Shown one piece after another: positions 25,273-37,002 of a DNA stretch of 64,000 nt. A program made the position numbers and the translations under genes. The notes beneath the pieces are model-generated. The model worked only from the letters and a program-made list of their open reading frames with translations, was not told where the DNA came from and did no database searches. Position 1 is the first letter of the stretch; every line of letters starts with the position of its first letter. The stretch is from Azolla caroliniana (Eukaryota > Plantae > Polypodiophyta). The stretch is taken from the NCBI GenBank assembly GCA_043228905.1, contig JBHGNT010000018.1:2046001-2110000 (forward strand), written 5' to 3'.

Positions 25273-26696
25273 AGGGGGAGTTTTTTGGGAGACAGGTCCC
25301 TCCGGATGGAAAGGGAGAAGAATAGTGCTGATGAAAACCGTATGAGGAGTACCCGGCTACGGAGAGCCGGATGGTGCAGACCCGGTATGAACCGGATGAG
25401 GAGGACCCGGCTACGGAGAGCCGGATGGTGCAGACCCGGTATGAACCGGATGAGGAGTACCCGGCTACGGAGAGCCGGATGGTGCAGACCCGGTATGAAC
25501 CGGATGAGGAGACATATTGGTAAATATGTTTCTGAGAGTCCATCGAGGCTATATTTGTAAATAGCCGAAAAGTCATACTAGTATAAATATGACTTAGGGC
25601 AAACTTTTAGGGTTGGTTGTCATTCTTGTTTGAAGAAGAATAGAGAGTGCACGTAACTGTGTATAGAGAGAGAGAGAGAGAAAGAGGTCGTTGCCTCTGT
25701 TGTAACTGCTGCCTGTGGCGAAGATCTGTGAGCACGAGGTCGTTGCCCCAGTGAACTCACTGTTGTACATTCTTACATAGTGATAGTTTGCAGCCTGTGG
25801 GCTGCCGTGGTTTTTTTCCCCTAGTTTGGGGTTTTTTTCCACGTAAACCTCCTGTGCATTTTTTTCCTCTTCTTTGGGTCGCGTTTTATTTCCCGTTTTC
25901 TGTGTATCATTCTAAGCTCGGTTGTGGCCGAGCGTTGCGCATAAGGAGCGTTCAGTTCTCGTCAGTTTGAAGGGTTCAGACCGTAGATCTATGAGAAAGA
26001 TAGAATGGAAATGCCCCGGAAATGCACAACGCGGAAATAGAAAAACAACAAATCGATAGAGAATACAAGGTACACCGTATTTACGTGGAAACCTTAAACA
26101 GGGGAAAACCACAGGCAACAAATTTGCACTATATAACAAAGATACAAGAAAAGGATTAAAAAGACTTTACTAAAATAGAGTATACACCACTTAGGGTTTT
26201 GGTGGCAAGTTCCTCTAACTATGCTTGCCCACACGCTCTCTCTCGCGTCTCTCTTCTTTTCTTGCTGTTTTACACTCTACAGTTCTACACCATATTGATT
26301 TTCCCTAGATGTATTTATACTAATACATACCATGGGCTATTTACAAATATGGCCTGTCTTAGGCGCACCAAAACATATTTACAAACATGTCCAAACTTCT
26401 GGATACCTCTTCGGATCCAACCGGATGCCTTCCGACCGATCCGACTCAGAATCCAGTCTCTTTTCTTCTTCGGATCCATCCAATCCGGCTCGTGCTCTAC
26501 CATCCGGTCGGCCCGACTTGTCGGCCTTATCTTTGACTTGGAGCATCCATCCAAGTAGTGAACTATCATAGTCGACTCTCCTTCAAAACCAATTGACTCG
26601 CTGGTCGATCCGATCAACCATCTTGTGTTCGACTTGTCGACTTCTTCCTAGACTTCGATTGTCGACTTCTCCCATAGGAATGACAAATTCCTAACA

Positions 26697-27846
26697 CTTT
26701 TAACTACTGCCTAATCGGTCGTGAGGCCTTCGTCTGTCTCCAGGAGGAGACCAAACTTCTCTTGGTCGCATGAGTCGACCGACTTGATAATTAGAAGGAC
26801 CTTGCTCGTGTCGAGCACGGTCTGGTCCCGTGCCGATACTCATGTGAATCTCTTCTCTAACTCCCGGAGAAGCATTTTTGTGTTCCTTCCTTTCCTCGGG
26901 AGATCGACCCACTCCATGAGCTCCTTCTTCAACAATCGGAGAGAGTCGTCGAAGCCATACCTTTCGAGGAGTTGCTCCTCGTACTCCAACTAGTTACGAC
27001 AGTTGGCCTGTATCTTGAACACCTCGGCGTGACAACTCAGGCAAATCCGAATAACCATTTCTCGTTTGGAATGTCTGTCATCATCATTTCAGCCTTATAG
27101 GATTCAAGGTAGTTCATAACGCCCCTCCCATTAAATTGGCCAAATGTGCCGACTATCGCTTCGATGGCCCTATCGAGGCTCGTTGAGCTTTCTCGAACGT
27201 TCATGAGGTGGTCTATGACAACCACCATTGCTTCTGCAAGCTCACCTCCCCTTATAGTAGCTCCCCTATCGCTCCTTTCACGTCGAGTTCACCAAACATG
27301 TCACGGAAATCTACGGCTTGTGGGTCGGCTTGGGCGGGACCATCGGGGTCTCGGACTAGGGAGCTTAATGATAGGTGCCGGCTGAGTGTTTGTTGTGACC
27401 AACTGGCCCTAGATCTGGCTTTCGGGGGATGAGCACACAGGCTTGTAGATGCACGCTGGCAAGCACAAGATGAAATGAGGAAGGAGACGACCCATACAAA
27501 GATCTCTTACTACACACCACACACCTAGATACAGAAGACAATGAATCGATTAAAGCAAAGAAAGAATACACGAATGGCCCGAGGCCGGGTAATAGAGCTT
27601 AACGCTTAGCAGATACACAATGACCTGAACCTTTAGTTGGGAGCACACGGGCTCTCTATGCTAGTAGATGCCTCACTCGAACCTAACCCGCAGAACAAAA
27701 CAAAACCTATCCGAACCGGAACCCTTCGCTCGTAACTCGACTGTGCTCAATCCGACAACACTTAGACCTCCCAAATGACCCTCCAATAGTCTTCCTCCCC
27801 TCCTTTTATAACTCAAGGAGGGTCGGTTACATCAATAGTTATGACA
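26697..27846 (-). mobile_element. Trp-primed Gypsy 5' fragment (LTR + PBS + gag start)
   Basis: LTR 27299-27846 (TGTCA..TGACA); PBS 27277-27294 TGGTGAACTCGACGTGAA; gag AIEAIVGTFGQFNGRGVMNYLESYKAEM. Confidence 0.82.
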
Positions 27847-28347
27847 ATTGTTTGCGTCAGAGATTTCCCATGCTTTCCTTTAATTCCTCCCATCACGTCC
27901 TATTATTCTTCCCCTCCTTTCAATGGCCCATAAGTACTAATAAAAGCTATCCTGTCTTGTACTTATTATTTACAATTGTTTGTACATTGACCACTTCCAT
28001 GTGCATACGTGCACTCCCTTATTCCCATGCATTCGTCGAACCTTTCTCCTAGTGGTCAGAATCCTCCACGACAACGATCTATCGATAGAAAATGTAGTTA
28101 ACTTAAAGAAAATCACAATGGTTAACTCAAAGCACAAGTTAAGATTAATGGTTTTCACCATCTTGAGGAGATGTAGGTTCCAGAAGTGGAAGTGACGTCT
28201 ATTGTTAGTGAAAATGTTTTACATATAAGAGGTAACACTCTAATCCTTAGTGTCATCAAAATCCATAAATTCACAACTCCAAAAATGTAGACAATATTCA
28301 TAAATTGTCAAAACTAGACGTGAACATTTATATATTATTGGAACATA

Positions 28348-29440
28348 TCACATAGTTATCAGGGTATCCACATTGTTCTCCTATTCTTCCTTTTGAGAAC
28401 ACTCCTCCAAAATTTGTGCAATAGTATCTACTCCACATAGGCTAGCAATGGTAGGGTCCTCGAATAGCTCGTCATCAAAATCAATAAGTTCCCTAGGCTC
28501 ACAAACTAATGGAGGAATAGGTTCATGAGATGCAAGTTGAAAATGTTAAGGCTTTAATCCTCATGTTAATGAAACTTACTTGATCATCATCCTTTTCTAG
28601 TGCAACAATATTTCTGAATAGCTTCAATGTAGATGTAGATGTAGTACCTATTAACAATTAAAAATGAATATTGCTTTAGCTAAACATTAACTAATGGCAT
28701 AACAAACAAACATATAATAATTTACCCGAGCTGGAGAACAAATCTAGTATCCAATCTCCTTCATTGGAGAACATTTCAAATGACAAATATCAATATTAGC
28801 TAGAATGTATTTATGGGCAAATCAAAATTCTCCATGTAAGATAAATATTCCTTACCAAGTAAGGTTTTCTATCCCATGGCAACGAGATCTCAAGGCCTTT
28901 GCTACAGAGTATCCTTGGTTCATGCTATGGAATACGACAATTCTCCATAAGGATGTTGTTGTCAACTATGTGAAATCTTTCACAATCTTCTCAAGCTTTT
29001 TGAATCGTATGTTGATCCAACCATACGAAATCCGTATGGTATGCCAACAATCAATAATATTCATTCCTTCGTTGACAATATGTGTATCATCTTAGCTGCA
29101 TCACCACAATAGACATTATAGTTTAAATCTCGAGTGATATCCTTTTTGTGGCTAAATTTCTTAAAAGTGCCATCATCTTCTACACCATATGCCTTCACTA
29201 AACATTAGTCCTTTTCTTTCCGAGCTCTTTCAAGATGTGCAAGAAATGATGTAGGAAAATTAGGAATATCGTTAACATCTCTCAGTTTCTTACTATCACT
29301 ACCTCGGTATCGTTGACCAATATTTTTTGCTTTCTAACTATACTAGCTTCCTCACATTGAGTAGATTCTAAAGGCAAGCCTTGATATTTCAAACGTATTT
29401 TCTTGATTGTTCGCTCATCTTGATATTCAGTTGACCTTGT
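28348..29440 (-). pseudogene. Intron-containing beta-class DNA amino-methyltransferase (N6_N4_Mtase-like), degraded
   Basis: Manual translation: YNVYCGDAAKMI (YNVYCGDAA at 29120-29094) ..LLIVGIPYG (motif IV-like, GIPYG at 29045-29031) ..WRIVVFHS..ENLTW, then MFSNEGDWILDLFSSS-G (28774-28726), a 78-bp GT-AG intron (28725-28648) and TTSTSTLKLFRNIVALEKDDDQVSFINMRIKAL. Contains stops, a frameshift and an apparent internal deletion. Confidence 0.75.
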
Positions 29441-29740
29441 AGGGGCAAGATCGAAAAATATAGAGAAACTCAATTATATGAACTAACAAGTAATTTCTAA
29501 CAATTTATATGTTTAAAGACAGATTAACCCTAGAAAACGGCTCTAAATGCCAAAAAGGGACTGGTACATGCGAAATATGTCAAAAATTAATGAAATTCTG
29601 TTAAATAATATGCGAAACAAACACTAAATAGTGCCGTAAAACATTGAGAGACAACTATTTTCAGAGGGAAAATCTTGAAAAAAAATAGAAATTCATTACA
29701 AAAATAGAGATTATTTGTGAAAATATACAATTTATTCAGA

Positions 29741-30186
29741 AACTAGATTCATAATATCTAGTTGTTTTGGACAATATTATTATTCTTTATAAAGTAAAAT
29801 ATGTACATGACAAGAGAGATGTATTTTACAAAAACTTAATACAAAGTATCTTCCTTTGATTTAAACTAGTATCAAAACCTATTATCCTTGTGCAACTAGA
29901 TACAAAGTGTTTAGTTGCCTCAAAAAATAGTAATTTTAATAACGAACTCGATACTTTGTATAGAGTTTATGTTTAAAGTTTGAAAAAAAAGAACTTTAAA
30001 CATGAACTCGATGCATTGTATCGAGTTGATGTAAAAAACAATTTTTTCATACAATTAGATATAATGTGTCGAATTCATTTTTACAATTGTCTTTATTTTC
30101 CCGGGAAAAAAAAACTTTGAACATGAATTTGAAATTGTGATGAAATAACTATTTTTTTACATCAACTCGATACAATGTATCAAGTT
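29741..30186. repeat. Dispersed array of 23-bp palindromes, consensus AACTCGATACA-N-TGTATCGAGTT
   Basis: Copies at 29741, 29894, 29945, 30005, 30053 and 30164 in AT-rich DNA. Confidence 0.8.
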
Positions 30187-30269
30187 TATTTTAAAAAAAG
30201 TTATTTTTTTGGGAAAAAAGAACTTTTTTAAACATGAATTTCGAATTGCACTGAAATCTTTGTTTTACA

Positions 30270-30790
30270 AGAGAAAAAGAAGCATGTAGAAAATGCAAAG
30301 AAATATGTTGCACAACAAGATACCTCATGGTGGGACATGTTCTTCATTGATCAACAAAAAACCATTAATGGTAATTGGACCTTGTAAATGCCATTTACAT
30401 TGTCGATGCAATATTCTCGTGGTTCTCAATTACCACTTCATGCGCCTAATGTTGATCTTCATAGTTTGGTCTATCCACAACAAAAAGACATTTATGTGGA
30501 ACCAATGATGACAAGTCATGTGACAAGGAAACTTGCAAGAACTCAAGGTGGGGAATGGCTACACTTATAGATGGCAATGACCTAGGGCACCAATTCAGGA
30601 TTGGTAAAGTTTTGGACGTGGTGATGCATTAAAGCTTTGTAATACATCTATCCTTGACATTAGTAAGGTGGATATCATTATGTATGAATTTATAGGGACT
30701 TTACATTGACAAAAGTTGGACGTTTAAGGAAGACAATGATAGACATAATAAAAGAGAAATTACCAAGTCGAGAACATGTCTTAGATTGAA
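30270..30790 (+). pseudogene. Decayed coding fragment of unknown, possibly DNA-transposon-associated, protein
   Basis: Protein-like stretches across stops and frameshifts: KKHVENAKKYVAQQDTSWWDMFFIDQ, DGNDLGHQFRIGKVLDV, TSILDISKVDIIMY, DFTLTKVGRLRKTMIDIIKEKL. Family not identified. Confidence 0.4.
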
Positions 30791-31305
30791 GGCGAAGAAG
30801 ATTAAGTGCACATAATTTGGAAACAGCATTTGGTTTTGGATGAAGACAATGCTTTGATTGGTACATTTGAAAATGAGGAAGAATCACAATTGTATATTAG
30901 CTATATAGTAGTGATTCTCATGAAAGGAGTGATCACAATGATGTAAATAACTCATGAATATATATTTTGTGCAATGACATGTAACAAATTTAGACAACAT
31001 TTTATTGAATGATAAAAAAAAAAGTGGATTGTTTTGAAATCTTTTGCTTATGATTTCTTTAAGATTGACAAACTTATTAGTTGTCATTTTTCCTTAAAAA
31101 TACAAAGTACCTTTTCGCATTTGGCCAAAATTTGGCATTTTTCAATTTTACCAAATGGTGAAAATTTCAACTTTTTCATCAAGTTTTCAAGAAGTCCATG
31201 TGATACTCGTATCAAGGTGTTTTGTGAAATGGCCAAAAAGGCCTCAAAATTAGACAAAATATTCCTTATCCTTCCATTTGTGCGCGATCCTTCCACTTGT
31301 GAACG

Positions 31306-32689
31306 TGTTGAGCAAACAAGCTCAACGTAGGCCATATTGATTGAACTAGCAGAGAGCCGAATCGAGTGAAGACCGATCGGCTAGGCCTGGACCGGATCGG
31401 GAACTGGATCGGTGAGCAGATTCGTGTGGAGCCGGTAGGCCATTAGAGGCCTACGATCCTAGGTTACTAGGAAGTTATCATCCTAGGAGTTAGTGTCAGT
31501 AGCTTAGTAATGAGCATTGAAGTACCTATCAGTACTTCGGTCAGTCCTTTTATGGATTTTTATAAAAGTGCTCTTTGAGCACAATTGTATGTATGTAGTG
31601 TTATTTTAGAAATTGAGTTTTCTGTGTTCTTCTCTCTCTGTCTCTCCCGAGTACTCTGAATTCTCTGTGTGTTCTCCATTGATTCTCAGTTTGTTTGTTG
31701 CTCTAGCCAAGCCAATTGTGTCCATTTTTTAGCTTTTGCATGCTAATCTTCACATGCAAAAGCTTGAGGGTTGAGAATCTTGTGCTGCCGACAAGAGTTG
31801 TAACATAGACAAACCCTAGACCTCGGTAAGAATAGACAAGAAGAAGAAAATGGACTATGCATCTTGGTCCTCGAGATGCACTAGTACTTGCTTGGGCACG
31901 ATTACTGGAGTTATGTGGAAGGAGTAAATGAAGTAGCACCGGATTCGGCACACAAGGATTTTCCAGTTTGGGAACAAGGAGCAAGCAGAGTCTTGTATTG
32001 CCTTGCATCCTGTGTGCATGACCAGATGTTGGGCTAAATTCGGGATGTGAAGATGCCGATGGAGGCCTGGGAAAATATGAAGGAGATTTTCGTCGTGAGT
32101 ACCATGCCTCGGAAATTGCAGCTCCGTCAAGAGGTCAATATCCAACAAAGGGATATGACGGTGACTGACTACACCACCAAAATCAAGGAGATCTCTAATG
32201 CCCTAGGGTCCTTCAATGTGATGGTGGACGAAGATGGGATGGTATAGATCTGCCTCGATGGTCTAGTTCAGAGGTACAGGCTGATCCGGATGGCAGTTTG
32301 CACAAGGGAGAAGCCACTGTCGTTTTTCGACCTACAATCGATGCTTATGGTCGAAGAGAACCATGCGCATGTGCCAAGAAGCACACAATCGGACAACAAG
32401 ATATTGTACACGAAGGTGGATCAACCCCGTGGTTTTGGAGGACGAGGTGAATCAGCACACAATGGTGGCCCTCCATAAGCAGGGGAAGTCAAGGCGGCCC
32501 CGAAAACCAACAAGTGAAATCCAAGACAGAATGCTGGTATTGTGGCCGGAAGAGTCATAGAGAAGGCGAGTGTTGGAAATAGAAGGCCGATATAGATAAA
32601 TTCGGATCGAGTAAAGTTGAACATCGAAATCGGCAACGATCGTACTACGTCGAAGGGTCAAAAGGCCCAACCTTTGTGATGAAGCACAA
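31306..32689 (+). mobile_element. Copia (A/B lineage) 5' LTR + degraded gag
   Basis: LTR 31306-31754 is similar to the LTRs at 44880-45291 and 51997-58527; gag WEQGASRVLYCLASCVHD..RKLQLRQE. Confidence 0.82.
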
Positions 32690-32791
32690 GGCCCGGTTTG
32701 TTTGGATATTGACGATGGAAGTTTTGAAGAAGAGCACGCGCATTGGTCATATTCTCTATTGGTTCCCAAGTACGCTCGCTGGGACTATATC
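32690..32791 (-). pseudogene. Chromodomain remnant of a Tcn1-like integrase
   Basis: GYSPSERTWEPIENMTNARALLQNFHRQYPNKP; nearly the same sequence as 52577-52674. Confidence 0.85.
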
Positions 32792-33085
32792 TGTCATGAT
32801 ATGGCAAGACTCGAACCCATAACCTTATGTTATATGGGTCGAGCTCTTGACCATTACATTATCTATTGTAATACATAGAATACTATTTTAATTCAAGTTT
32901 TACTATAGAAAATTATTGTATATTCCAGATTTCTCTGGAACATTCTAGAAGCTTCAGGACTATTCTTGAGAACACTATAAAAAGAGTCACAAGGCATTAT
33001 TTGGAACCAAATTGGTTCAACGCTAGTCTTAAGCCTCATAGCTGTTTTGTACTTACTCTTCACATAATATATCATATGTTATCAT

Positions 33086-33128
<43 letters not shown>

Positions 33129-36100
33129 GTCTTACACAGTCTGTCCTCTTAGTACTAATAGTACTTCCCTTCTCTAGTACTAATTCTCTCTCTGTTTTAA
33201 TACTATTCATGACAGTTTGAACCAATTTCTCCCTCTGGTCTTCTTTTTGGTTTCCCTCATCCTCTTATCCCTTTTTCCAATACTATGGCTATTGTTAGCG
33301 CCCAAGAATATCAACCCGTTTTTTCCGAGCTACAATGTCTAAAAGAAAAATTTGTTGCATTGGAACAAGAAAACCAACGATTGTTAGGGGATCTTCAACA
33401 AATTGCTTTAGAAAAACAACAAACGAAGCAACAACATGGGGAGTTGCAACAACAAAATGGGGAGTTAGCGTTACGCATACAACAACTTGAAGCAACCATC
33501 GTAGCGTTACAACAACAAGGATAAAGTCCCTAAGGACTTCATAAAGAGCCCAAGATTGGTCTTCATGTGAAATTCAATGGAACATGCTCACAATTACAAG
33601 GATTCCTTCATCATGTACGCTTAGTCATGCAAATGCATCCTTCCCGATACCCCACAGATGCATCCCGAGTAGGCCTAATAGGCACGTTACTCAGCGGCTC
33701 AGCTTTGGCATGGTTCGCTCCGCTTTTGGAAAAACAATCTCCCTTGCTTAATAACTTTGAAGACTTTATTAGCGAGTTTAAAGCCTGCTTTGGAGATATT
33801 GATAGCATTAGGATGACGATCAACAAAATCCGACGATTGCGTCAAGGCGATCGTCCAGCCTCTGCCTATGCGGCGGATTTCTGTCTACTCGCCTCCGATA
33901 TCCCCTGGGATGATCAAGCACTAATGGAGCAGTTCCGCTACGGCATGCGAAATGACGTCAAAGATTTACTTTTAACCTTTCCCGAAGAACCAAAATCTCT
34001 TACAGAGGCAATCAGTCGAGCGGTCCAATGCAACAACCGCCTTTTCGAACGATGTTCGAAACGTCAATGTCAAATGCCACGGACTAGGCCAGAGCCCACA
34101 TATGCCTCAGTCGTAGCTAAACCGGTTGCACGAAATGTATCTCAGGCAAATACTCCGACGTTGATGGAGATCGACACCATGCGTCGATGTGGCCTGTTAT
34201 CGGAAGAAGAAAAGCAACGACGACATGCAAATCAATTATGTCTTTATTGCGGTGGACCGGGGCATATCGCCATCAACTGCCCCCATAGGCCAAGAAGACA
34301 TGTAAATCAAATCGTAGCCTGTACTAAACCCGAGTCAATTCCCTTAGGAGTGTTTGAAAGTATTAATAGTACTGATAGCCCAAGTATCTCAAACAAATTT
34401 GAAATCCTTAGTCAATTAGAGGAAGAGTTAAACGACTAAGTCCAGCCAAAATAGGAGCCTTTTGGTTGGACAACCCTAGATTTGTGCATCCCATTAGTTG
34501 TTCCATTCCCTCTAAGCAAGTTAGCAATTTGTTCTTAGCCCAAGTTATGATTAGTACTAAAAGTACCCCTCTAGTATATGTCTTAGCACTTTTGGATTCT
34601 GGAGCCAATTCCTGTTCATGGATCGGAATTTTGCCCAAGCTTCTCAGATATCCTTAAGAAAACTTCCTTGCCCCGCATCTGTAGTAGTCATTGATGGTCG
34701 TCCCATTGCTTCTGGGAATATCGTAGAAGAGTCAGAACCCATTCAGGTTGTCCTAGATAGCTTTGTGTGTGTGGTATCATTTAATATAATTAGTAGTCTA
34801 GAGCATCCCATTGTCTTGGGATTACCTTGGTTTGAAGTACATAATCCAGACATAGATTGGAGAACAAGAGAAGTTCGGTATTGACAACCCCGAGAATCTA
34901 CTCATCGAGTTTCGACCATTTCGCTCCATCAATTATGCGAAGAAGGACACAAGGAGTCAATGTTTCTATTTGCAATATCAGTACGTCCTTCCAGCACTAT
35001 TAAAAAGGAATCCTTAGTTCAATTTCTCGTGAAATATCATCCTTATGCCGATGTATTTAACAAGGTCAGAGCTGGTACTCTTCCTCATCATCGTCCCTAT
35101 GATTGTCCCATCGATTTACAACCAGGAACAGAGCCACCGTGGGGACCGATTTACAACTTGTCACCAACCGAGTTGGAAGTCCTTCGAGCTTACATAGAAG
35201 AGAATTTGGCAAGCGGGTTTATTCGTCTTTGAAATCTCTAGCCTGTGCACCCATTTTCTTTGTAAAACAGAAAGATGGATCCCTTCATCTCGTCGTTGAT
35301 TACCGCGGCTTGAATAAGATCACCATTTGGAATAGGTATGCACTTCCCCTTATATCAAGTCTATTAGAACGTGTAAATGGTGCCAAGTTTTTTACAAAAA
35401 TCGACTTACGAGGAGCATATAACCTCGTGCGGATCCGACTGGGAGACAAATGGAAGACTGCTCAGTCTAACCAATGCGCCCGCAGTCTTCCAGCACATGG
35501 CAAATGATATATTCAAAGATCTCTTGGATATCTGTTTGATCATCTATTTGGATGATCTATTGATTTATTCGAAGACCCAGGAAGAGCATGATCCTCATGT
35601 CCTATTAGTACTAAAACGATTCCGAGAGCATGGTCTTTATGCCAAACTAGAAAAATGTAGCTTTGACTGCAAGCAAGTGGACTTTCTAGGCTACGTCATC
35701 TCCTCAAAAGGCATCTCCATGGATCTAGCTAAAGTCCAAACTGTGCTAGAGTGGCAAACTCCACGTTCATTACGAGATGTGCAATGTTTCCTAAGCTTTG
35801 CTAACTTCTACCGCAAGTTTATACAAGATTACTCGAAGATTATTTTACCTCTCACACAACTTACCAAGAAGGGACAGTCATTTCTTTGGTCCAATGAAGC
35901 GGACATGGCTTTTATGCATCTTAAGAAAGCCTTTACATCAGCTCCTATTCTAGCTCATGTGGATACTAACAAACCATTCATCATGGAGGTCGACGCATCG
36001 GATTTCACCCTCGGTAGCATCCTTTCACAACAAGGAGATAAAGAAAAGTTACATATTGTCGCTTTCCACTCACGCAAATTTGATGCCACGGAAATTAACT

Positions 36101-37002
36101 ACGAGATACATGACAAGGAGTTATTAGCCATCTTGGATTCATTTGTGCAATGGTGGCACTTTGTAGAGGGCTCTCCTCATCAGGTCATCGTCTTCAGTGA
36201 TCACAAAAATCTTGCTTACTTCCAGAACGCTCGTGTACTAAATCAACGACAAGCTCAGTGGGCCCAATTCCTCACGCATTTTGACTTCAAAATCACATAT
36301 CGGCCGGGGAAGCAACAAGGAAAAATAGATGCACTATCGCCACGTTCATATCTTGCACCTTGTTTGGGTGATCCAACATTTGATAATCAAAAGCAAGTAA
36401 TCTTGGAACCAACACGTTTGCATACAACGTGGATTTTTCACACTCCACTGGATTCCCGGATTATCGATGCCATACGTGCCAATTTGAAGACAGATAGTTT
36501 TGCTCAAGCCATTCTAGCGCAAATTGATGCCTCTCGGGCATCTTGTTCCCAGTCTCAACAACCATGTATGGACTACCGACAATTCGAATATCATGATGGT
36601 TTATTATTCTTTGAAAAGCTCGTGTATGTTTCCAATTGATCCTGTCGCCTTCAAATCGTCCAAAATTGTCACGACACCCATACATCTGGACATTTTGGTA
36701 GTACTAAGACGTTGGATCTAGTTCGACGATCCTTTTGGTGGCCCCATATGCGACGTTTTGTCGACGACTATGTTCGGACCTGTGATGCTTGTTGCCGAGC
36801 AAAGATGCCACGACATCATCCATATGGCTTGTTGGAATCCTTACCAATTCCAAGTAAGCTGTGGCAGTCCATTTGTCTTGATTTTATCACAGATCTTCCT
36901 GTCTCGAAGGGTTTCGATGCTATCTTAACTGTCGTCGATCGATATACTAAGAAGGCACATTTTGTGCCTTGTACTAAGGCCATCACTAGTGAGGAAACCA
37001 CA
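32792..37002 (+). mobile_element. Tcn1-like chromoviral Gypsy, 3'-truncated in integrase
   Basis: 5' LTR 32792-33214; gag (coiled coil, LLSGSALAWF, CLYCGGPGHIAINC); protease LLDSGA; RT IYLDD; [18 protein letters not shown]; integrase HHCC and LDFITDLP. Confidence 0.92.

Larger units (their letters stand above)
19642..25964 (+). mobile_element. Full-length Copia element E (Tnt1/Tork-like)
   Basis: LTRs 19642-21196 (LINE-interrupted) and 25283-25964; perfect TSD GTTTG; iMet PBS 21199-21210; PPT GAAGGGGGAG 25271-25280. Confidence 0.96.
16775..26696 (-). mobile_element. Copia element D (Tnt1/Tork-like), 3'-truncated in RT, split by element E
   Basis: 5' LTR 25968-26696; PBS 19625-19636; gag LYERKNALNKTSLMRK, integrase FIDDYSRKLW/DNGGEY, RT start KGFQQKKG at about 16790; 125-bp tandem duplication 18331-18580. 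Confidence 0.88.

Noticed and set aside
29741-30186. CRISPR array of palindromic repeats
   Set aside because: Degenerate units, irregular low-complexity spacers, eukaryotic context and no cas genes.
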